A stretch of 64,000 nt of DNA, taken from assembly GCA_964057225.1 (NCBI GenBank), contig OZ059900.1, forward strand, positions 434,001 to 498,000. The letters run 5' to 3'. The position numbers and the translations under genes were made by a program. Below are positions 28,901-42,800 of the stretch, piece by piece (positions within the stretch are counted from its first letter, which is position 1; each line of letters begins with the position of its first letter). Source of the DNA: Auanema rhodensis. Taxonomy: Eukaryota; Animalia; Nematoda. The notes below the pieces were generated by a model. It ran no database searches. It was given only the letters and a program-made list of their open reading frames with translations, and was not told the origin of the DNA.

Positions 28901-31900
28901 CTGATATATATTCATTTTGATCAAAAAAGGTCGAAAATAGAAAGAATTTTTGAAATTTCCGAGTTTTGAGTCTAATTTGGCTAAATCGCTCATATATATG
29001 ATCAGAAGCAAAGTTTTATTGTCTATGATAACAAAAGTCATCAATTAAACGCTAGTGATGTTTAAATACTGAATTTCGCTCAAATAGCATTACTACACTA
29101 AGTATGGTCGTTTTTATGCCTATAACACCATATACTCACCGATTTTTGGTACAAAATCTGTAATACTTGTAAATTTTGATCATATTCGTTAAGATTTGAG
29201 AATCAAACATACAATACACGGAATCAGTCTATTTTTATGAGCTTGCACTGATATATATTCATTTTGATCAAAAAAGATCGAAAATAGAAAGAATTTTGGA
29301 AATGTCCGAGTTTTGAGTCTAATTTGGCTAAATCGCTCATATATATGATCAGAAGCATAGTTTTATTGTCTATGACAACAAAAGTCATCAATTAAACGCT
29401 AGTGATGTTCAAATACTGATTTTCGCTCGAATAGCATTACTACACTAAGTATGGTCGTTTTTATGCCTTTAACACCATATACTCACCGATTTTTGGTACA
29501 AAATCTGTAATACTCGTAAATTTTGATCATATTCGTTAAGATTTGAGAATCAAACACACAATACACAAAATCAGTCTATTTTTATGAGCTTGCACTGATA
29601 TATATTCATTTTGATCAAAAAAGGTCGAAAATAGAAAGAATTTTTGAAATTTCCGAGTTTTGAGTCCAATTTGGCTAAATCGCTCATATATATGATCAAA
29701 AGCATAGTTTTATCGTCTATAACAACAAAAGTCATCAATTAAACGCTAGTGATGTTTTAATACTGAATTTCGCTCAAATAGCATTACTACACTAAGTATG
29801 GTCGTTTTTATGCCTTTAACACCATATACTCACCGATTTTTGGTACAAAATCTGTAATACTCGTAAATTTTGATCATATTCGTTAAGATTTGAAAATCAA
29901 ACACACAATAAACAAAATCAGTCTATTTTTATGAGTTTGCACTGATATATATTCATTTTGATCAAAAAAGGTCGAAAATAGAAAGAATTTTTGAATTTTC
30001 CGAGTTTTGAGTCCAATTGGGCTAAATCGCTCATATATATGATCAAAAGCATAGTTTTATCGTCTATAACAACAAAAGTCATCAATTAAACGCTAGTGAT
30101 GTTTTAATACTGAATTTCGCTCAAATAGCATTACTACACTAAGTATGGTCGTTTTTATGCCTTTAACACCATATACTCACCGATTTTTGGTACAAAATCT
30201 GTAATACTCGTAAATTTTGATCATATTCGTTAAGATTTGAAAATCAAACACACAATAAACAAAATCAGTCTATTTTTATGAGTTTGCACTGATATATATT
30301 CATTTTGATCAAAAAAGGTCGAAAATAGAAAGAATTTTTGAATTTTCCGAGTTTTGAGTCCAATTGGGCTAAATCGCTCATATATATGATCAAAAGCATA
30401 GTTTTATTGTCTATGACAACAAAAGTCATTAATTAAACACTAATGATGTTTAAATCACTAAATTTCGCTCAAATAGCATTACTACACTAAGTATGGTCGT
30501 TTTTATGCCTTTAACACCATATACTCACCGATTTTTGGTACAAAATCTGTAATACTCGTAAATTTTGATCATATTCGTTAAGATTTGAGAATCAAACACA
30601 CAATACACAAAATCAGTCTATTTTTATGAGCTTGCACTGATATATATTCATTTTGATCAAAAAAGGTCGAAAATAGAAAGAATTTTTGAAATTTCCGAGT
30701 TTTGAGTCCAATTTGGCTAAATCGCTCATATATATGATCAAAAGCATAGTTTTATTGTCTATAACAACAAAAGTCATCAATTAAACGCTAGTGATGTTTT
30801 AATACTGAATTTCGCTCAAATAGCATTACTACACTAAGTATGGTCGTTTTTATGCCTTTAACACCATATACTCACCGATTTTTGGTACAAAATCTGTAAT
30901 ACTTGTAAATTTTGATCATATTTGTTAAGATTTGAGAATCAAACACACAATACACAAAATCAGTCTATTTTTATGAGTTTGCACTGATATATATTCATTT
31001 TGATCAAAAAAGGTCGAAAATAGAAAGAATTTTGGAAATGTCCGAGTTTTGAGTCCAATTTGGCTAAATCGCTCATATATATGATCAAAAGCATAGTTTT
31101 ATTGTCTATAACAACAAAAGTCATCAATTAAACGCTAGTGATGTTTAAATACTGAATTTCGCTCAAATAGCATAACTACAATAAGTATGGTCGTTTTTAT
31201 GCCTTTAACACCATATACTCACCGATTTTTGGTACAAAATCTGTAATACTCGTAAATTTTGATCATATTTGTTAAGATTTGAGAATCAAACATACAATAC
31301 ACGAAATCAGTCTATTTTTATGAGCTTGCACTGATATATATTCATTTTGATCAAAAAAGGTCGAAAATAGAAAGAATTTTTGAAATTTCCGAGTTTTGAG
31401 TCTAATTTGGCTAAATCGCTCATATATATGATCAGAAGCATAGTTTTGTTGTCTATGACAACAAAAGTCATCAATTAAACGCTAGTGATGTTTAAATACT
31501 GATTTTCGCTCAAATAGCATTACTACACTAAGTATGGTCGTTTTTATGCCTTTAACACCATATACTCACCGATTTTTGGTACAAAATCTGTAATACTCGT
31601 AAATTTTGATCATATTCGTTAAGATTTGAGAATCAAACACACAATACACAGAATCAGTCTATTTTTATGAGCTTGCACTGATATATATTCATTTTGATCA
31701 AAAAAGGTCGAAAATAGAAAGAATTTTTGAAATTTCCGAGTTTTGAGTCTAATTTGGCTAAATCGCTCATATATATGATCAGAAGCAAAGTTTTATTGTC
31801 TATGATAACAAAAGTCATCAATTAAACGCTAGTGATGTTTGAATACTGAATTTCGCTCAAATAGCATTACTACACTAAGTATGGTCGTTTTTATGCCTTT

Positions 31901-34900
31901 AACACCATATACTCACCGATTTTTGGTACAAAATCTGTAATACTCGTAAATTCTGATCATATTCGTTAAGATTCGAGAATCAAACATACAATACACGAAA
32001 TCAGTCTATTTTTATGAGCTTGCACTGATATATATTCATTTTGATCAAAAAAGGTCGAAAATAGAAAGAATTTTTGAAATTTCCGAGTTTTGAGTCTAAT
32101 TTGGCTAAATCGCTCATATATATGATCAGAAGCAAAGTTTTATTGTCTATGATAACAAAAGTCATCAATTAAACGCTAGTGATGTTTAAATACTGAATTT
32201 CGCTCAAATAGCATTACTACACTAAGTATGGTCGTTTTTATGCCTATAACACCATATACTCACCGATTTTTGGTACAAAATCTGTAATACTCGTAAATTT
32301 TGATCATATTCGTTAAGATTTGAGAATCAAACATACAATACACGGAATCAGTCTATTTTTATGAGCTTGCACTGATATATATTCATTTTGATCAAAAAAG
32401 GTCGAAAATAGAAAGAATTTTTGAAATTTCCGAGTTTTGAGTCTAATTTGGCTAAATCGCTCATATATATGATCAGAAGCAAAGTTTTATTGTCTATGAT
32501 AACAAAAGTCATCAATTAAACGCTAGTGATGTTTAAATACTGAATTTCGCTCAAATAGCATTACTACACTAAGTATGGTCGTTTTTATGCCTATAACACC
32601 ATATACTCACCGATTTTTGGTACAAAATCTGTAATACTCGTAAATTTTGATCATATTCGTTAAGATTTGAGAATCAAACATACAATACACGGAATCAGTC
32701 TATTTTTATGAGCTTGCACTGATATATATTCATTTTGATCAAAAAAGGTCGAAAATAGAAAGAATTTTGGAAATGTCCGAGTTTTGAGTCCAATTTGGCT
32801 AAATCGCTCATATATATGATCAAAAGCATAGTTTTATTGTCTATAACAACAAAAGTCATCAATTAAACGCTAGTGATGTTTAAATACTGAATTTCGCTCA
32901 AATAGCATTACTACACTAAGTATGGTCGTTTTTATGCCTTTAACACCATATACTCACCGATTTTTGGTACAAAATCTGTAATACTCGTAAATTTTGATCA
33001 GATTCGTTAAGATTTGAGAATCAAACACACAATACACAAAATCAGTCTATTTTTATGAGCTTGCACTGATATATATTCATTTTGATCAAAAAAGGTCGAA
33101 AATAGAAAGAATTTTTGAAATTTCCGAGTTTTGAGTCCAATTTGGCTAAATCGCTCATATATATGATCAAAAGCATAGTTTTATTGTCTATAACAACAAA
33201 AGTCATCAATTAAACGCTAGTGATGTTGTAATACTGAATTTCGCTCAAATAGCATTACTACACTAAGTATGGTCGTTTTTATGCCTTTAACACCATATAC
33301 TCACCGATTTTTGGTACAAAATCTGTAATACTTGTAAATTTTGATCATATTTGTTAAGATTTGAGAATCAAACACACAATACACAAAATCAGTCTATTTT
33401 TATGAGTTTGCACTGATATATATTCATTTTGATCAAAAAAGGTCGAAAATAGAAAGAATTTTGGAAATGTCCGAGTTTTGAGTCCAATTTGGCTAAATCG
33501 CTCATATATATGATCAAAAGCATAGTTTTATTGTCTATAACAACAAAAGTCATCAATTAAACGCTAGTGATGTTTTAATACTGAATTTCGCTCAAATAGC
33601 ATAACTACACTAAGTATGGTCGTTTTTATGCCTTTAACACCATATACTCACCGATTTTTGGTACAAAATCTGTAATACTCGTAAATTTTGATCATATTCG
33701 TTAAGATTTGAGAATCAAACACACAATACACAAAATCAGTCTATTTTTATGAGCTTGCACTGATATATATTCATTTTGATCAAAAAAGGTCGAAAATAGA
33801 AAGAATTTTTGAATTTTCCGAGTTTTGAGTCCAATTGGGCTAAATCGCTCATATATATGATCAAAAGCATAGTTTTATTGTCTATGACAACAAAAGTCAT
33901 CAATTAAACGCTAGTGATGTTTAAATACTGATTTTCGCTCAAATAGCATTACTACACTAAGTATGGTCGTTTTTATGCCTTTAACACCATATACTCACCG
34001 ATTTTTGGTACAAAATCTGTAATACTCGTAAATTTTGATCATATTCGTTAAGATTTGAGAATCAAACACACAATACACAAAATCAGTCTATTTTTATGAG
34101 CTTGCACTGATATATATTCATTTTGATCAAAAAAGGTCGAAAATAGAAAGAATTTTTGAAATTTCCGAGTTTTGAGTCCAATTTGGCTAAATCGCTCATA
34201 TATATGATCAAAAGCATAGTTTTATTGTCTATAACAACAAAAGTCATCAATTAAACGCTAGTGATGTTTAAATACTGAATTTCGCTCAAATAGCATTACT
34301 ACACTAAGTATGGTCGTTTTTATGCCTTTAACACCATATACTCACCGATTTTTGGTACAAAATCTGTAATACTCGTAAATTTTGATCATATTCGTTAAGA
34401 TTTGAGAATCAAACACACAATACACGAAATCAGTCTATTTTTATGAGCTTGCACTGATATATATTCATTTTGATCAAAAAAGGTCGAAAATAGAAAGAAT
34501 TTTTGAATTTTCCTAGTTTTGAGTCCAATTGGGCTAAATCGCTCATATATATGATCAAAAGCATAGTTTTATTGTCTATGACAACAAAAGTCATTAATTA
34601 AACACTAATGATGTTTAAATCACTAAATTTCGCTCAAATAGCATTACTACACTAAGTATGGTCGTTTTTATGCCTTTAACACCATATACTCACCGATTTT
34701 TGGTACAAAATCTGTAATACTCGTAAATTTTGATCATATTCGTTAAGATTTGAGAATCAAACACACAATACACAAAATCAGTCTATTTTCATGAGCTTGC
34801 ACTGATATAGATTCATTTTGATCAAAAAAGGTCGAAAATAGAAAGAATTTTTGAAATTTCCGAGTTTTGAGTCCAATTTGGCTGAATCGCTCATATATAT

Positions 34901-36814
34901 GATCAAAAGCATAGTTTTATTGTCTATAACAACAAAAGTCATCAATTAAACGCTAGTGATGTTTTAATACTGAATTTCGCTCAAATAGCATTACTACACT
35001 AAGTATGGTCGTTTTTATGCCTTTAACACCATATACTCACCGATTTTCGGTACAAAATCTGTAATACTTGTAAATTTTGATCATATTTGTTAAGATTTGA
35101 GAATCAAACACACAATACACAAAATCAGTCTATTTTTATGAGTTTGCACTGATATATATTCATTTTGATCAAAAAAGGTCGAAAATAGAAAGAATTTTGG
35201 AAATGTCCGAGTTTTGAGTCCAATTTGGCTAAATCGCTCATATATATGATCAAAAGCATAGTTTTATTGTTTATAACAACAAAAGTCATCAATTAAACGC
35301 TAGTGATGTTTAAATACTGAATTTCGCTCAAATAGCATAACTACACTAAGTATGGTCGTTTTTATGCCTTTAACACCATATACTCACCGATTTTTGGTAC
35401 AAAATCTGTAATACTCGTAAATTTTGATCATATTCGTTAAGATTTGAGAATCACTACATACAATACACGAAATCAGTCTATTTTTATGAGCTTGCACTGA
35501 TATATATTCATTTTGATCAAAAAAGGTCGAAAATAGAAAGAATTTTTGAAATTTCCGAGTTTTGAGTCTAATTTGGCTAAATCGCTCATATATATGATCA
35601 GAAGCATAGTTTTGTTGTCTATGACAACAAAAGTCATCAATTAAACGCTAGTGATGTTTAAATACTGATTTTCGCTCAAATAGCATTACTACACTAAGTA
35701 TGGTCGTTTTTATGCCTTTAACACCATATACTCACCGATTTTTGGTACAAAATCTGTAATACTCGTAAATTTTGATCATATTCGTTAAGATTTGAGAATC
35801 AAACACACAATACACAAAATCAGTCTATTTTTATGAGTTTGCACTGATATATATTCATTTTGATCAAAAAAGGTCGAAAATAGAAAGAATTTTTGAAATT
35901 TCCGAGTTTTGAGTCCAATTTGGCTAAATCGCTCATATATATGATCAAAAGCATAGTTTTATTGTCTATAGCAACAAAAGTCATCAATTAAACGCTAGTG
36001 ATGTTTAAATACTGAATTTCGCTCAAATAGCATTACTACACTAAGTATGGTCGTTTTTATGCCTTTAACACCATATACTCACCGATTTTTGGTACAAAAT
36101 CTGTAATACTCGTAAATTTTGATCATATTCGTTAAGATTCGAGAATCAAACATACAATACACGAAATCAGTCTATTTTTATGAGCTTGCACTGATATATA
36201 TTCATTTTGATCAAAAAAGGTCGAAAATAGAAAGAATTTTGGAAATGTCCGAGTTTTGAGTCCAATTTGGCTAAATCGCTCATATATATGATCAAAAGCA
36301 TAGTTTTATTGTCTATAACAACAAAAGTCATCAATTAAACGCTAGTGATGTTTTAATACTGAATTTCGCTCAAATAGCATTACTACACTAAGTATGGTCG
36401 TTTTTATGCCTTTAACACCATATACTCACCGATTTTTGGTACAAAATCTGTAATACTCGTAAATTTTGATCATATTCGTTAAGATTCGAGAATCAAACAT
36501 ACAATACACGAAATCAGTCTATTTTTATGAGCTTGCACTGATATATATTCATTTTGATCAAAAAAGGTCGAAAATAGAAAGAATTTTGGAAATGTCCGAG
36601 TTTTGAGTCCAATTTGGCTAAATCGCTCATATATATGATCAAAAGCATAGTTTTATTGTCTATAACAACAAAAGTCATCAATTAAACGCTAGTGATGTTT
36701 TAATACTGAATTTCGCTCAAATAGCATTACTACACTAAGTATGGTCGTTTTTATGCCTTTAACACCATATACTCACCGATTTTTGGTACAAAATCTGTAA
36801 TACTCGTAAATTTT

Positions 36815-39800
36815 GATCATATTCGTTAAGATTTGAGAATCAAACACACAATACACAAAATCAGTCTATTTTTATGAGCTTGCACTGATATATATTCATT
36901 TTGATCAAAAAAGGTCGAAAATAGAAAGAATTTTTGAATTTTCCGAGTTTTGAGTCCAATTGGGCTAAATCGCTCATATATATGATCAAAAGCATAGTTT
37001 TATTGTCTATGACAACAAAAGTCATCAATTAAACGCTAGTGATGTTTAAATACTGATTTTCGCTCAAATAGCATTACTACACTAAGTATGGTCGTTTTTA
37101 TGCCTTTAACACCATATACTCACCGATTTTTGGTACAAAATCTGTAATACTCGTAAATTTTGATCATATTCGTTAAGATTTGAGATTCAAACACACAATA
37201 CACAAAATCAGTCTATTTTTATGAGCTTGCACTGATATATATTCATTTTGATCAAAAAAGGTCGAAAATAGAAAGAATTTTTGAAATTTCCGAGTTTTGA
37301 GTCCAATTTGGCTAAATCGCTCATATATATGATCAAAAGCATAGTTTTATTGTCTATAACAACAAAAGTCATCAATTAAACGCTAGTGATGTTTAAATAC
37401 TGAATTTCGCTCAAATAGCATTACTACACTAAGTATGGTCGTTTTTATGCCTTTAACACCATATACTCACCGATTTTTGGTACAAAATCTGTAATACTCG
37501 TAAATTTTGATCATATTCGTTAAGATTTGAGAATCAAACACACAATACACGAAATCAGTCTATTTTTATGAGCTTGCACTGATATATATTCATTTTGATC
37601 AATAAAGGTCGAAAATAGAAAGAATTTTTGAATTTTCCTAGTTTTGAGTCCAATTGGGCTAAATCGCTCATATATATGATCAAAAGCATAGTTTTATTGT
37701 CTATGACAACAAAAGTCATTAATTAAACACTAATGATGTTTAAATCACTAAATTTCGCTCAAATAGCATTACTACACTAAGTATGGTCGTTTTTATGCCT
37801 TTAACACCATATACTCACCGATTTTTGGTACAAAATCTGTAATACTCGTAAATTTTGATCATATTCGTTAAGATTTGAGAATCAAACACACAATACACAA
37901 AATCAGTCTATTTTCATGAGCTTGCACTGATATAGATTCATTTTGATCAAAAAAGGTCGAAAATAGAAAGAATTTTTGAAATTTCCGAGTTTTGAGTCCA
38001 ATTTGGCTGAATCGCTCATATATATGATCAAAAGCATAGTTTTATTGTCTATAGCAACAAAAGTCATCAATTAAACGCTAGTGATGTTTAAATACTGAAT
38101 TTCGCTCAAATAGCATTACTACACTAAGTATGGTCGTTTTTATGCCTTTAACACCATATACTCACCGATTTTTGGTACAAAATCTGTAATACTTGTAAAT
38201 TTTGATCATATTTGTTAAGATTTGAGAATCAAACACACAATACACAAAATCAGTCTATTTTTATGAGTTTGCACTGATATATATTCATTTTGATCAAAAA
38301 AGGTCGAAAATAGAAAGAATTTTGGAAATGTCCGAGTTTTGAGTCCAATTTGGCTAAATCGCTCATATATATGATCAAAAGCATAGTTTTATTGTCTATA
38401 ACAACAAAAGTCATCAATTAAACGCTAGTGATGTTTTAATACTGAATTTCGCTCAAATAGCATTACTACACTAAGTATGGTCGTTTTTATGCCTTTAACA
38501 CCATATACTCACCGATTTTCGGTACAAAATCTGTAATACTTGTAAATTTTGATCATATTTGTTAAGATTTGAGAATCAAACACACAATACACAAAATCAG
38601 TCTATTTTTATGAGTTTGCACTGATATATATTCATTTTGATCAAAAAAGGTCGAAAATAGAAAGAATTTTGGAAATGTCCGAGTTTTGAGTCCAATTTGG
38701 CTAAATCGCTCATATATATGATCAAAAGCATAGTTTTATTGTTTATAACAACAAAAGTCATCAATTAAACGCTAGTGATGTTTAAATACTGAATTTCGCT
38801 CAAATAGCATAACTACACTAAGTATGGTCGTTTTTATGCCTTTAACACCATATACTCACCGATTTTTGGTACAAAATCTGTAATACTCGTAAATTTTGAT
38901 CATATTCGTTAAGATTTGAGAATCACTACATACAATACACGAAATCAGTCTATTTTTATGAGCTTGCACTGATATATATTCATTTTGATCAAAAAAGGTC
39001 GAAAATAGAAAGAATTTTTGAAATTTCCGAGTTTTGAGTCTAATTTGGCTAAATCGCTCATATATATGATCAGAAGCATAGTTTTGTTGTCTATGACAAC
39101 AAAAGTCATCAATTAAACGCTAGTGATGTTTAAATACTGATTTTCGCTCAAATAGCATTACTACACTAAGTATGGTCGTTTTTATGCCTTTAACACCATA
39201 TACTCACCGATTTTTGGTACAAAATCTGTAATACTCGTAAATTTTGATCATATTCGTTAAGATTTGAGAATCAAACACACAATACACAAAATCAGTCTAT
39301 TTTTATGAGCTTGCACTGATATATATTCATTTTGATCAAAAAAGGTCGAAAATAGAAAGAATTTTTGAAATTTCCGAGTTTTGAGTCCAATTTGGCTAAA
39401 TCGCTCATATATATGATCAAAAGCATAGTTTTATTGTCTATGACAACAAAAGTCATTAATTAAACACTAATGATGTTTAAATCACTAAATTTCGCTCAAA
39501 TAGCATTACTACACTAAGTATGGTCGTTTTTATGCCTTTAACACCATATACTCACCGATTTTTGGTACAAAATCTGTAATACTCGTAAATTTTGATCATA
39601 TTCGTTAAGATTTGAGAATCAAACACACAATACACAAAATCAGTCTATTTTTATGAGCTTGCACTGATATAGATTCATTTTGATCAAAAAAGGTCGAAAA
39701 TAGAAAGAATTTTTGAAATTTCCGAGTTTTGAGTCCAATTTGGCTGAATCGCTCATATATATGATCAAAAGCATAGTTTTATTGTCTATAACAACAAAAG

Positions 39801-42800
39801 TCATCAATTAAACGCTAGTGATGTTTTAATACTGAATTTCGCTCAAATAGCATTACTACACTAAGTATGGTCGTTTTTATGCCTTTAACACCATATACTC
39901 ACCGATTTTTGGTACAAAATCTGTAATACTCGTAAATTTTGATCATATTCGTTAAGATTTGAGAATCAAACACACAATACACAAAATCAGTCTATTTTTA
40001 TGAGCTTGCACTGATATAGATTCATTTTGATCAAAAAAGGTCGAAAATAGAAAGAATTTTTGAAATTTCCGAGTTTTGAGTCCAATTTGGCTGAATCGCT
40101 CATATATATGATCAAAAGCATAGTTTTATTGTCTATAACAACAAAAGTCATCAATTAAACGCTGGTGATGTTTAAATACTGATTTTCGCTCAAATAGCAT
40201 TACTACACTAAGTATGGTCGTTTTTATGCCTTTAACACCATATACTCACCGATTTTTGGTACAAAATCTGTAATACTCGTAAATTTTGATCATATTCGTT
40301 AAGATTTGAGAATCAAACACACAATACACAAAATCAGTCTATTTTTATGAGCTTGCACTGATATATATTCATTTTGATCAAAAAAGGTCGAAAATAGAAA
40401 GAATTTTTGAAATTTCCGAGTTTTGAGTCCAATTTGGCTAAATCGCTCATATATATGATCAAAAGCATAGTTTTATTGTCTATGACAACAAAAGTCATTA
40501 ATTAAACACTAATGATGTTTAAATCACTAAATTTCGCTCAAATAGCATTACTACACTAAGTATGGTCGTTTTTATGCCTTTAACACCATATACTCACCGA
40601 TTTTTGGTACAAAATCTGTAATACTCGTAAATTTTGATCATATTCGTTAAGATTTGAGAATCAAACACACAATACACAAAATCAGTCTATTTTTATGAGC
40701 TTGCACTGATATAGATTCATTTTGATCAAAAAAGGTCGAAAATAGAAAGAATTTTTGAAATTTCCGAGTTTTGAGTCCAATTTGGCTGAATCGCTCATAT
40801 ATATGATCAAAAGCATAGTTTTATTGTCTATAACAACAAAAGTCATCAATTAAACGCTAGTGATGTTTTAATACTGAATTTCGCTCAAATAGCATTACTA
40901 CACTAAGTATGGTCGTTTTTATGCCTTTAACACCATATACTCACCGATTTTTGGTACAAAATCTGTAATACTCGTAAATTTTGATCATATTCGTTAAGAT
41001 TTGAAAATCAAACACACAATAAACAAAATCAGTTTATTTTTATGAGTTTGCACTGATATATATTCATTTTGATCAAAAAAGGTCGAAAATAGAAAGAATT
41101 TTGGAAATGTCCGAGTTTTGAGTCCAATTTGGCTAAATCGCTCATATATATGATCAAAAGCATAGTTTTATTGTCTATAACAACAAAAGTCATCAATTAA
41201 ACGCTAGTGATGTTCAAATACTGATTTTCGCTCAAATAGCATTACTACACTAAGTATGGTCGTTTTTATGCCTTTAACACCATATACTCACCGATTTTTG
41301 GTACAAAATCTGTAATACTCGTAAATTTTGATCATATTCGTTAAGATTTGAGAATCAAACACACAATACACAAAATCAGTCTATTTTTATGAGCTTGCAC
41401 TGATATATATTCATTTTGATCAAAAAAGGTCGAAAATAGAAAGAATTTTTGAAATTTCCGAGTTTTGAGTCCAATTTGGCTAAATCGCTCATATATATGA
41501 TCAAAAGCATAGTTTTATTGTCTATGACAACAAAAGTCATTAATTAAACACTAATGATGTTTAAATCACTAAATTTCGCTCAAATAGCATTACTACACTA
41601 AGTATGGTCGTTTTTATGCCTTCAACACCATATACTCACCGATTTTTGGTACAAAATCTGTAATACTCGTAAATTTTGATCATATTCGTTAAGATTTGAG
41701 AATCAAACACACAATACACAAAATCAGTCTATTTTTATGAGCTTGCACTGATATAGATTCATTTTGATCAAAAAAGGTCGAAAATAGAAAGAATTTTTGA
41801 AATTTCCGAGTTTTGAGTCCAATTTGGCTGAATCGCTCATATATATGATCAAAAGCATAGTTTTATTGTCTATAACAACAAAAGTCATCAATTAAACGCT
41901 AGTGATGTTTTAATACTGAATTTCGCTCAAATAGCATTACTACACTAAGTATGGTCGTTTTTATGCCTTTAACACCATATACTCACCGATTTTTGGTACA
42001 AAATCTGTAATACTCGTAAATTTTGATCATATTCGTTAAGATTTGAGAATCAAACACACAATACACAAAATCAGTCTATTTTTATGAGCTTGCACTGATA
42101 TAGATTCATTTTGATCAAAAAAGGTCGAAAATAGAAAGAATTTTTGAAATTTCCGAGTTTTGAGTCCAATTTGGCTGAATCGCTCATATATATGATCAAA
42201 AGCATAGTTTTATTGTCTATAACAACAAAAGTCATCAATTAAACGCTGGTGATGTTTAAATACTGATTTTCGCTCAAATAGCATTACTACACTAAGTATG
42301 GTCGTTTTTATGCCTTTAACACCATATACTCACCGATTTTTGGTACAAAATCTGTAATACTCGTAAATTTTGATCATATTCGTTAAGATTTGAGAATCAA
42401 ACACACAATACACAAAATCAGTCTATTTTTATGAGCTTGCACTGATATATATTCATTTTGATCAAAAAAGGTCGAAAATAGAAAGAATTTTTGAAATTTC
42501 CGAGTTTTGAGTCCAATTTGGCTAAATCGCTCATATATATGATCAAAAGCATAGTTTTATTGTCTATGACAACAAAAGTCATTAATTAAACACTAATGAT
42601 GTTTAAATCACTAAATTTCGCTCAAATAGCATTACTACACTAAGTATGGTCGTTTTTATGCCTTTAACACCATATACTCACCGATTTTTGGTACAAAATC
42701 TGTAATACTCGTAAATTTTGATCATATTCGTTAAGATTTGAGAATCAAACACACAATACACAAAATCAGTCTATTTTTATGAGCTTGCACTGATATAGAT

